Assembly (NCBI GenBank): GCA_963739455.1
Contig: CAVUAK010000001.1
Coordinates: 224,001-288,000 of the forward strand
Source of the DNA: an uncultured Gemmatimonadales bacterium
GTDB taxonomy: Bacteria > Gemmatimonadota > Gemmatimonadetes > Gemmatimonadales > GWC2-71-9
DNA length: 64,000 nt
Reading direction: 5' to 3'
Shown: positions 19,431 to 27,841 of the stretch, piece by piece
Position numbering within the stretch: position 1 is the first letter of the stretch
Layout of the letters: each line of letters begins with the position of its first letter
Made by a program: the position numbers and the translations under genes
The notes under the pieces: model-generated
Database searches by the model: none
Seen by the model: the letters and a program-made list of their open reading frames with translations, nothing else
What the model was told of the DNA's origin: nothing

Positions 19431-19505
19431 GGATCACGTTCTCCAGTCTTCGGGTGATTCCGGACCCGGCCAGTGCTCCTGGCCGGGCCGGAATGAACTG
19501 TTGGT

Positions 19506-21446
19506 TCAGGGCGTGGTCGGGATCGTGGTCGACCCGTCGTTGCCCTGCACGAAGGCGCTCACGTTGATCGTGCCCGTGGTGATCGCGTTGTAGATGTTGA
19601 CGTCGAAGGCCGAGAGCGCGGCGGTGGTGGCCAGCGATGCACCCGGGAGCAGCTCGAACGTGCATGAGCCGATCGGGATGTTGGCGCTGTTGGCGACACC
19701 AGTGCCTGCCTGGACCGCACCCGGCACCAGCACGCCCGGGGTGGCGGTACCGACGGTGAAGATCGTCCACGCCCGGCCCGGCGCGCAGTTGGACGTCGGG
19801 TCGTTGTCGAGGATCTGGAGGCGCGACGTCGGGTAGGTCGAGTTGAACTGGATCGTGTTCAACCGGTCCGTCGCCGCTTCCGTCGCGTCGTTGCGCGTGC
19901 TCATGTCGATGCGCCACGAGATCGTGATCAGCTGCCGCGCCTGGCCCAGCGCGTTGGTGCCCGCCGTAACCGGGCTCCACGTCGCGTACGCCTGGTAGAA
20001 TGACGGGGCCGGTGAGCAGGTCACCGCGAATGACACCGTCTGCGCCGCCGCGCCGGTGAGCCCGCTGTAGTTGGCCGCCGTCGCACCGGTGAAGCTGGTC
20101 GGCGTGCAGCTGGCCGGAATGCCGGTCACCGACACCGTGCCGGCGCCGCCCGGGGCGACGTACTGCACCGCGCTGCTGAAGGCACCAGCGGCGCTCGGGC
20201 TGATCGTCACCGGCGGAAGGCCGGCACCGGTCGGCGTGATCGTCACCGACGCGCCCGCGAGCGACGGCGCCACGGCCAGGCCACCGGCCAGCGTGACGTT
20301 GATCGTGCCGTTGACGGTGCCGGTCAGGGCGCTGCAGGTGACGCTGACGTCGGGCAGGGAAACAGTGCCGGCAGTGCTGATCGCCGGGACCGCGACGCCA
20401 GCCGGGGCAACGCAGCCGCTCGGCAGGTTGGTCAGCGTCAGCGTGCGCGCCGGACCAGCCGTCACATTGTTGATGATGAGGTTGTACGCCGGGGCGGCCG
20501 CGTTCGTGCTGACGCCGCTGAAGCCGCCGGGGGCGATCGTGCCCGTGGCGCCGGTGATCACGCCGATCTGCGGGGAAGACACCCGTGCCTGCACCGTCGC
20601 CGTCACCGCCGGGCCGCTGTTCTGCAGGTCGGCCGCGGTGAGGATCAGGGAACGGAAGTTGGAAACCGTCGCGTCGATGATGTAGCCGACCGTCTGGGTC
20701 GAGCTGCTCGCCAGCGGCCCGAGCGGGGCGCCGAAGGCCTCGTAGCGATAGCAGTCGTTCGCCGCTGCCGCTGCGCAATCGCTGTCGTTGAACCAGTTCC
20801 ACGGCGCGCCGTTGAGCGCCGCGGTACCGTCGCCATTCCAGTCATCGCTCGTGGTCACTTCGCCCCGGTTCGGCATCACGATGATCACTTCGTTCTGGCT
20901 GCCGGTGGCGCCGCCAGTGGTCGTGGTCACGTTGTTGGCGAAGGGGAAGCTGTAGATAGCCTGTGCGGTGAGGCTCGGCGGGGTCGGAAATGCCACGTTG
21001 CTGTTGCCGCCTGGACGGACCAGCTGCACCCCGCTCAGCTTGTTGGTCAGGGTGATGTCGAACGTCACCCGGATCTTGCCCGGGGGGGCGTTCACGCCCG
21101 GCAGGCCGGCGTTGAAGTTGGAGGCCGTGATGTCAATGACGTCACCACCCTGCAGGCCGGCGTTGATGTCCTTCGACACGCCACGACCCTTCCCGGCTGA
21201 CCCGATGCTCCCGCTCAATCCCGTCACGGGCGCCGACACCTTCACCGTCTTCTTCGCGACGTTCACGTCGAACACAAACGCTGCCTGGTTGAACTGCGGA
21301 TTCGGTGCCGGGTCACCCGGAACGTCCGGGCCGGCGGGCGAATCGGACTTCGCGCTGCAAGCGCCGAGTCCGAGTGCGGCGGCGGTGACCAGCATGGTCA
21401 TCGTGCGCGCGTTGACGCCCCGGTTGAGGGGGAAACCGAGAAACAT
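19506..21446 (-). CDS. Lipoprotein C: Ig-like modules and C-terminal cohesin-like domain
   Basis: AGGAGG RBS before ATG 21446, lipobox LGAC, LTNLPSGC and VTGIPASC modules, and C-terminal LNTIQFNSTYPTSRLQI...IGSCTFELL. Confidence 0.7.
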   Translation of the reverse strand: MFLGFPLNRGVNARTMTMLVTAAALGLGACSAKSDSPAGPDVPGDPAPNPQFNQAAFVFDVNVAKKTVKVSAPVTGLSGSIGSAGKGRGVSKDINAGLQGGDVIDITASNFNAGLPGVNAPPGKIRVTFDITLTNKLSGVQLVRPGGNSNVAFPTPPSLTAQAIYSFPFANNVTTTTGGATGSQNEVIIVMPNRGEVTTSDDWNGDGTAALNGAPWNWFNDSDCAAAAANDCYRYEAFGAPLGPLASSSTQTVGYIIDATVSNFRSLILTAADLQNSGPAVTATVQARVSSPQIGVITGATGTIAPGGFSGVSTNAAAPAYNLIINNVTAGPARTLTLTNLPSGCVAPAGVAVPAISTAGTVSLPDVSVTCSALTGTVNGTINVTLAGGLAVAPSLAGASVTITPTGAGLPPVTISPSAAGAFSSAVQYVAPGGAGTVSVTGIPASCTPTSFTGATAANYSGLTGAAAQTVSFAVTCSPAPSFYQAYATWSPVTAGTNALGQARQLITISWRIDMSTRNDATEAATDRLNTIQFNSTYPTSRLQILDNDPTSNCAPGRAWTIFTVGTATPGVLVPGAVQAGTGVANSANIPIGSCTFELLPGASLATTAALSAFDVNIYNAITTGTINVSAFVQGNDGSTTIPTTP

Positions 21447-21568
21447 GCGACCTCCTGAAGTTGGTGGGCTGGCGACTGCGGTTACCGCAGCGACCACAAG
21501 ATCCCGCCCACCACACACAGCACGGTGATTCCTCTGTAGCACGTTGATAAGCGACGGAGGCGCAATCG

Positions 21569-21585
21569 GTGACACCGTTGTGATG
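21569..21585 (-). promoter_or_regulatory. Possible Pho box upstream of gene C
   Basis: The minus strand reads CATCACAACGGTGTCAC, with ATCAC and GTCAC 11 bp apart. Confidence 0.4.
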
Positions 21586-21589
21586 TCGC

Positions 21590-23995
21590 TCACGGCGCGG
21601 TGAACGTTCCCTCGACCACGCGCGTGAGCGAGCCATAGCTGAAATCACCAGTCGCCGGCGTGCCTAGCAGCGCGCCGAGGATGCTTTGTGTCGTTGTCGT
21701 GGTACCTGGCGCACCAATGACATCGAACTTCACCCGTGCGATCGGTACCACACTCTGGGAGTTCTGCGCGGTCACCGATCCGCTGAAGCTGATGTCACCC
21801 TGCGGCGCGTTCGTGAAGTTGAACCCGCCCGGTGTACCCGAATCGATGTTGAGCGCGAAGAAGCGAAGCACCGCCGGGTCCCACTTGAGGCGCACCACCG
21901 CCCACGCGGCGAGCGCCTCCGGCCCCGGGGTCTGCGGGATATCAGTGGTCAGGTCGAACAGGATGGTCAGCGTCACCTGGCCGTTCACTACCGGCCCGAA
22001 GGACGATGACCAGGTGAAGGGTTGCCCGCCGCCACCTCCTCCGTCGGAGATGGTGACGCCGGCCGTGGCCGAGTTCTGGGCGCCGGAGTTGTCAGTCACC
22101 GTGAGCGTCGCGGTGTACGAGCCCGCCGCGGCATAGGCATGCGGGGCGACAGCGCCACTGCCCGTGGCACCGTCACCGAAGTTCCAGGCATATGACACGA
22201 TGCTGCCGTCGGGATCGCTCGACGCCGAGCCATCGAACGAAATCGACGCCCCGACTGACCCGGCATACGGGCCGCCCGGACGTGCGATCGGTGGCAGGTT
22301 GCCTCCACCGCCGCCCTCGCTGATCGTCGCCGTCGTCGTCGCCGTCGAGCTGGCACCGAGGTTGTCGGTTACCCGCAGCGACACCGTGAACGGACTGCCG
22401 CTGGTGCTGGTGTACGTATGGCTCGGCGTTGGCCCGATCGCGGTGCCACCGTCGCCGAACGACCACTCATAGGTCGCAATCGTTCCGTCGGGATCCGACG
22501 ATCCCGCGCCGTTGAACGCGATCGGCGATCCCACGGTCCCGCTGTACGGACCACCCGGTGCCGCCACCGGCGGCTGGTTCGTGCTGCCGCCACCAGTCCC
22601 CACCGTCAGCGTCGCTTCCTGCTTGCGCACCTGATCCGAGATGTTGAGCACCTCAGTCGGGTTTGCGGCGGTGTTCGCACTGACCTCGATGCCGGTCGTC
22701 TGCGTCGTGAACGTGGCGCCGTTGGCGGCTCCCGGGAGCACGGTGAAGTACAGCCTTGCCACGGTCACCAGCCCCGGCACGCCAAGGCCCGCCTTCACGC
22801 CGCCCGGGATGACCTGACCCGGGGTTGCCGTGCCGACGACGAAGATCGTGTTCAGCTGGCCCGCCAGCGCACTGTCGTACTGCACCACCGCCTGGTCGAA
22901 GGTGATCGTCGCCTGGGCCGTCGTGGCCCGCTTGTCCGGCTCGGCGCGCAGGTCGAGTTGCACCAGGAGCTCAACCACCGAACCCGCCGGTGATGTCGCC
23001 GGAGTGAAGGTGCTCGTCAGGATGAACGGCTTGTTGCCCGCGTCGGGATCAGTGCAGGTCACCGTGAAGGTGCGTTCGGTGGTCACGCCCGCCGTCACCG
23101 GTACGTCATCCAGCGTGGCCCCACCTTCCACCGTGCAGTTGTCCGGCACCTCCTGCAGCAGCACCTGGTAGCTGCCCGGCCGGAGCCCCGTCAGCAACTC
23201 CGTGCTGTTGGCGCTCGATGTCGTCTGCTCGATCACCACCGCCTGCAGTGAATCGGTGATCCCGACCACCTTGAGGTGATAGTTGGCCGGCAGGTCGTCG
23301 CCCGTCGTCGCGATCGTGAGCTTGAGGTCGCCCAGCGACGGATCGCTGCACGACACGAGGTAGGACACCGCCTGCACCGTGTTGAGCCCCTGGTCCGTGA
23401 CGGTGACATTCCGCTGAAGGCTGTCGACCGGGACACAGTTGGGCGCGAGATCGCCCAGGACGATGTGATACGCGCCCGGCCGGAGCGGCGACACGGTCCT
23501 GGTGCCGGTAGCATCCAGCTGCACGACCGCGGTGTCCGTGGCACTGCTGATGTGCGCCTCGAACCCGTCCGGGTCGAGCGCCACGGCCGGTCCCTGGGTC
23601 TTCGTCTGGATCGTGATGCCCGGCAGCGGCGGGGTGGACGTTCCCGACACCGTGGTGAAGCCGAGGCTCGAGCCCTGGCGATCGATGACCTCGAGCCGGT
23701 AGCCGTAACGCGTGTCCGGCCGGACTGCCTGGTCGAGGTATTCGCTTTGGCTGCGATTGACGTTGTCTGCCAGCAGGTCGAATGGCCCGGTGAGGTTTTC
23801 CCTGCGGTACAGCCGGTAGAAGCTGGCGTCGTCCACCGGGGTCCACCGCACTCGGACTGACCTGAGGTTGAGGGCCTCCGCCGAGAACGGCATCGCGCTG
23901 GGTTCGGGCGCGCTGTCTTCGCCGTGGCATCCCGCAGCGACTAGCAGCAGCAGGCCGACGGTGTACCGGGCAATCGAGCGGAGGCTAGAACGCAT
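21590..23995 (-). CDS. Lipoprotein D, scaffoldin-like: FN3 + 2 Ig-like + cohesin-like + 2 PKD + cohesin-like
   Basis: Lipobox AAGC, FN3 (VRVRWTP...YRLYR...PDTRYGYRL), two PKD repeats (NxPPxAxPGGPY...SSDPDG.I..YxWxFGDG), and cohesin-like ATITFDQAVVQY...VARLYFTVL and LKWDPAVLRF...IARVKFDVI. Confidence 0.8.
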   Translation of the reverse strand: MRSSLRSIARYTVGLLLLVAAGCHGEDSAPEPSAMPFSAEALNLRSVRVRWTPVDDASFYRLYRRENLTGPFDLLADNVNRSQSEYLDQAVRPDTRYGYRLEVIDRQGSSLGFTTVSGTSTPPLPGITIQTKTQGPAVALDPDGFEAHISSATDTAVVQLDATGTRTVSPLRPGAYHIVLGDLAPNCVPVDSLQRNVTVTDQGLNTVQAVSYLVSCSDPSLGDLKLTIATTGDDLPANYHLKVVGITDSLQAVVIEQTTSSANSTELLTGLRPGSYQVLLQEVPDNCTVEGGATLDDVPVTAGVTTERTFTVTCTDPDAGNKPFILTSTFTPATSPAGSVVELLVQLDLRAEPDKRATTAQATITFDQAVVQYDSALAGQLNTIFVVGTATPGQVIPGGVKAGLGVPGLVTVARLYFTVLPGAANGATFTTQTTGIEVSANTAANPTEVLNISDQVRKQEATLTVGTGGGSTNQPPVAAPGGPYSGTVGSPIAFNGAGSSDPDGTIATYEWSFGDGGTAIGPTPSHTYTSTSGSPFTVSLRVTDNLGASSTATTTATISEGGGGGNLPPIARPGGPYAGSVGASISFDGSASSDPDGSIVSYAWNFGDGATGSGAVAPHAYAAAGSYTATLTVTDNSGAQNSATAGVTISDGGGGGGQPFTWSSSFGPVVNGQVTLTILFDLTTDIPQTPGPEALAAWAVVRLKWDPAVLRFFALNIDSGTPGGFNFTNAPQGDISFSGSVTAQNSQSVVPIARVKFDVIGAPGTTTTTQSILGALLGTPATGDFSYGSLTRVVEGTFTAP

Positions 23996-26693
23996 AGTTC
24001 ACCGCCACGTTGAGGTCGACGCCGTAGCGCACCGACCCGGCGATGCGCTGTGCGTCGGAGGCACTCTCGTCATCGGTTTCCAGCAGCACCAGCGCGTTGG
24101 TCAGGTTTTTTCCATCGATCGAGAGCTGCCAGTGCTTGGACAGCCCGAACACGACCTTCGCGTCCAGCGTCTCGTGACCAACCTCGATGTAGTTGGGCCC
24201 CTGGGTCTGCCCGCTCAGCGCGCCGTAGCGGAACACCCGGTTCCCGAACCAGTTGAAGAGCAGCGACGCCGTGATGTTGGGCCGCTCCGCCTGGTAGATG
24301 AAGTCGATGTTGATGAGGTAGGGTGACTGACCCTGGAACTGCAGGTCGGGCGAGAACACGCCCAGGCTGTCCGGCAGCGTAATCCGCGACCGCAGCAGAG
24401 TGACGTTGGCCTGCAGCAGCAGCCCGCGCAGTGCATGGGAAATGAACCCGAGTGACTTCTGGGCCTCGAGCTCGATGCCAATCGTCGAGCCCCGCGTCGC
24501 GTTGACCGGCAGCGACACGAACTCGCCGCTCTGGTATTGCACCACCGTCACGATCGGGTTGTCGAACTGCTTGTAGAAAACGCTCGCCGAGAGCTGCTCA
24601 CCCGCGCCCGGGTAGGTCTCGAACCGGAGGTCATAGTTGAGGATCGTTCCCGGCTCCAGCGCCGGGTTGCCGATCTCGAAGAGGCCGCCCACCACCGGCG
24701 GATAGCCGCCCGGGGCGAACTCCCTGAGCTCCGGACGCACGACCGTCTGCGAGAACGCCGCGCGAAGGTTGCTCGCCGGCGACACCGCCCACGTCAGGTT
24801 GACGGAGGGAAGCCAGTCGGTACTCGCCTTCGAGGGAACGCTCCCTGCATCGGTGGTATCCGCCAGGCGCACCGTGGCGTTCCACTGCTCCATCCGCAGG
24901 CCTCCCACGAAGCGAAGGCGCGGGAACACCTCCATGTCCGCCATCACGAACGCGGCGAAGACATCGTCGGTGCCGGAGTAGGGAAAGATGATGCCGCTGG
25001 TGGGAACGATCTGGATGAGGCCGTCGCTGCTGGCGCCCATGTTTTCCGGCGCGAACGCCTGTTCCGGCGGCAGCAGGCGCGTGGAAAGCGGAGCTCCGCC
25101 GGTGATCATCTGGTAGGCGGCGCCGTCCAGGTTGCGGTTCGTGAACCGCCCCAGCGCACCCACCTTGAATTCCGCGTCCCCCTCCTCACGCAGGGTGAAG
25201 GGCGTCGCGTACGAGAAGTCGCCCTGCGTGGTGATGTCGGTGAAGTCGTAGTTGTACCGGAAATTGGGAAACTGGTCCAGCAGCTGGAATCCCGGCCCGC
25301 CGGCCTGTGACACATAGGTCAGCTGGCGGTTGTCGTTGTCGCTCCGTCCTGCCCGGCCATACCCGGCCCGCCACTCCAGCCGCCCGTTGGGTAGCAGGTG
25401 CTCCCCCTCGACCAGGCCCTGGTAGATGAACCGCTCGATGAAGAACATCTGGTAGAGCTTGATCGCCGCGTCGTTCGGGTCGATGCGGACGCCCGAGCCG
25501 AGCGTGGAAGTGCTTGTCGATCCCGTGGTGTAGAAATTCTTGAACGACAGCTTGTTGCGGGAGCCAAGCCGGTAACTGAAGTTCGCGATCGCGCCGAAGT
25601 CGGCCAGCGCGGAGGCCACGTTGTAGGTGTACGCCCCCGAGCCCAGTGTGCTGTACAGGTCCGGCACGTACGTCCGCGCCGCCGAGGTGTTGAGCGCCAG
25701 TGAAAGGCCGAAGACATCCGACTGGCCGATGTCGAAGCTTGTGCCGAACGACGCCTGCAGCGATGCCGCGGGCAGCACGGTGCTGCTCGCCGGGGTCCAC
25801 ACATTCGCGAATCCCTGCGAGAAGACCACCGGATCCGGGTTGGGCGGCGGCGTGGCACCCGCACCGCGCCAGCCTGGAAAGGGAACGTCCTCGAAGGTGC
25901 CGTTGCTGTTGTAGCCACCCTTCACCTGGAAGGTGAACTCCGTCTCCTCCGGGAACTCCTTGGTGCGGATGTCTGCCGATCCGCCGGCAAAGTCGCCCGG
26001 CCGGTCGGGCGTGGCCGTCTTCTGCACCACGAGTGCCTCGAGCAACGACGACGGGAAGGCATTGAGCGGTACCAGCTGCTTGTCCGGCTCGGGGCTCGCC
26101 ACCTCGATGCCGTTCAGTACCGACGTGCTGTATCGCTCCGTGAGTCCACGAATGACGACCTTGTCGGCCAGCACTGCAACGCCGGAGACCCGGGTGATCG
26201 CAGCACCCGCGTCCGAGTCCGGTGTCTTGCTCATGAACTCGGCGCTCACGCCGTCACTCTCCACCGCAGAGTTCTTCTGTTCCGAGAGCAGCCCCGCGTC
26301 AGATGACGCCGCCTCGGGCAACTCGGCCGCGACCGCGAGCTCCTCGAGCTGCACTGTGGCCGTGTTGAGCGCCATGGTGATCACCGTCGTCTGGCCCGCC
26401 GTGACCCGCACGCTGTCCACCCGCGCCGGCTTGAATCCGAGCTGCCGCCCCGTCACCGAGTAGACACCCACCGGTAGTGCCACCGACCGGAAGCGGCCGT
26501 CGAGGTCGGACTCCGCCTTGCCGAGTTGTCCGGTTACCTCGATGGTCACTCCCTGCAGTGGCTTGCCGGAGCCGCCATCCACCACGCGTCCCGCAATCCT
26601 CCCGGTGGCAGCCGGCGCCTGTGCCGCAGCCACACGCGCCAGCCCCAGGCCGATGATCACGAGCCCGGTGAAGACCCGACATGTCACGCGCAT
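23985..26693 (-). CDS. TonB-dependent receptor with N-terminal carboxypeptidase-regulatory-like domain
   Basis: Signal peptide, GRIAGRVVDG, plug TPDSDAGAAITRVSG...IRGLTERY, RPELRE...GNPALEP, KNLTN, and C-terminal Phe (VNYAF). Confidence 0.9.
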   Translation of the reverse strand: MRVTCRVFTGLVIIGLGLARVAAAQAPAATGRIAGRVVDGGSGKPLQGVTIEVTGQLGKAESDLDGRFRSVALPVGVYSVTGRQLGFKPARVDSVRVTAGQTTVITMALNTATVQLEELAVAAELPEAASSDAGLLSEQKNSAVESDGVSAEFMSKTPDSDAGAAITRVSGVAVLADKVVIRGLTERYSTSVLNGIEVASPEPDKQLVPLNAFPSSLLEALVVQKTATPDRPGDFAGGSADIRTKEFPEETEFTFQVKGGYNSNGTFEDVPFPGWRGAGATPPPNPDPVVFSQGFANVWTPASSTVLPAASLQASFGTSFDIGQSDVFGLSLALNTSAARTYVPDLYSTLGSGAYTYNVASALADFGAIANFSYRLGSRNKLSFKNFYTTGSTSTSTLGSGVRIDPNDAAIKLYQMFFIERFIYQGLVEGEHLLPNGRLEWRAGYGRAGRSDNDNRQLTYVSQAGGPGFQLLDQFPNFRYNYDFTDITTQGDFSYATPFTLREEGDAEFKVGALGRFTNRNLDGAAYQMITGGAPLSTRLLPPEQAFAPENMGASSDGLIQIVPTSGIIFPYSGTDDVFAAFVMADMEVFPRLRFVGGLRMEQWNATVRLADTTDAGSVPSKASTDWLPSVNLTWAVSPASNLRAAFSQTVVRPELREFAPGGYPPVVGGLFEIGNPALEPGTILNYDLRFETYPGAGEQLSASVFYKQFDNPIVTVVQYQSGEFVSLPVNATRGSTIGIELEAQKSLGFISHALRGLLLQANVTLLRSRITLPDSLGVFSPDLQFQGQSPYLINIDFIYQAERPNITASLLFNWFGNRVFRYGALSGQTQGPNYIEVGHETLDAKVVFGLSKHWQLSIDGKNLTNALVLLETDDESASDAQRIAGSVRYGVDLNVAVNYAF

Positions 26694-27703
26694 CAAGGCT
26701 GGCTCGACGCGGCGGCGCTCACCTGGGTGGCAAAGGGCTCCGGCTTGGCTGCCGACTCCGGCCACTCACCGCGAAGGAAGGTGGCCGCGGCGGTATCGAA
26801 TGCCGGTTCCGCCCCCAGCCAGGGGAAGCCGAACGCCCCGGCGATGAACGCGACACGTGCGTTCGGCAGGTGCTGCGCCCAGCGGGTCGCCGCAGCCTCC
26901 ACCATCTCGTTGCCCGATCCCTCGATCACCAGCACCGGTGCCGGGACGTCATTCAGCGCCAGCCGCCAGCTCCAATAGCCCAGCTTCGACAGCACCGCGT
27001 AGTTGATGCGCTCCACCTGCTCGATGCGGTCGTCGGGTGCGCTGCACACGCTCCTGCCCACCGTCCGTGTGTCGGCGCGTGGATCCTTGAGCGTGCCGTA
27101 GAAGAACGTCGGCCACACCACCCGGCATGCACGCGACACACTCTCCCCACGCCGCAGTTGCCCCAGCATCTGGGCCTCTCGGCCACGTCCGGTGGTATCG
27201 GTGCGCTGCATGCCGATCTCAAAGGCGAAGGAGGGGTGTACCACGAAGGGACTGACCATCAGGATGCGAGATACCCGATCCGGATGGCGTATGGCATAGA
27301 GAGCGCCCACCGCTGCACCCCAGTGGTGCCCGACCAGCGTGAGTCGCGAAAGGCCGAAGTGCTGACGCACCGATTCGAGGTCGGCCACGTCGGAATCGGG
27401 CGAGAGGGCAAGCGAGTCGGTCACGGCATCCGACCGCCCGCGTCCCCGCATGTCGTAGTAGATCAGTGTCCGCCCCGCCTGCAGCGCCTGGAGCGGTGCC
27501 TCGAGGTACACATGATCCACACCGGGCCCGCCATGCAGCACGACCACCGTGTCCGGCCCCGATCCAAGCGCGACGTATGACAGTCGAATCCCGCTCGCGG
27601 TTGTGACCGTTCCCTGTTCCCTGTTCCCTGTTCCCTTGGCGGTACACGCGGTTCCCGCCCATACCACGGCACACACGATGGACAGCACGCGTAGCGGACT
27701 CAT
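26693..27703 (-). CDS. Alpha/beta-hydrolase-fold lipoprotein (proline iminopeptidase-like), catalytic residues apparently lost
   Basis: VLHGGPG and YDMRGRGRS are present, but the nucleophile elbow reads GHHWG and the expected C-terminal His region reads GAFGFPWL. Its stop overlaps the receptor start (TGATG). Confidence 0.8.
   Translation of the reverse strand: MSPLRVLSIVCAVVWAGTACTAKGTGNREQGTVTTASGIRLSYVALGSGPDTVVVLHGGPGVDHVYLEAPLQALQAGRTLIYYDMRGRGRSDAVTDSLALSPDSDVADLESVRQHFGLSRLTLVGHHWGAAVGALYAIRHPDRVSRILMVSPFVVHPSFAFEIGMQRTDTTGRGREAQMLGQLRRGESVSRACRVVWPTFFYGTLKDPRADTRTVGRSVCSAPDDRIEQVERINYAVLSKLGYWSWRLALNDVPAPVLVIEGSGNEMVEAAATRWAQHLPNARVAFIAGAFGFPWLGAEPAFDTAAATFLRGEWPESAAKPEPFATQVSAAASSQP
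27609..27634. repeat. (CCTGTTC)n heptamer array inside coding sequence (encodes GTGNREQGT)
   Basis: GTTCCCTGTTCCCTGTTCCCTGTTCCC lies just after the lipoprotein Cys codon. Confidence 0.85.
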
Positions 27704-27841
27704 TGAATTCCCGGCTGACATGGAGAACGTCGGAAGAGCGCGCCAAGTATCCCCCGCCGCGGCTGCATCAAGTGCAGCGCGCGGTATCGTCCTTGGCACG
27801 TCTGGGTATCGTGTTCGTTACTTGACGGAAGGCGTACGGAG

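Noticed and set aside
13591..23995. Classical cellulosome or SusC/SusD polysaccharide utilisation locus
   Set aside because: There is no recognisable glycoside hydrolase, CBM3, SLH anchor or SusD-like protein, and the receptor lacks SusC signatures.
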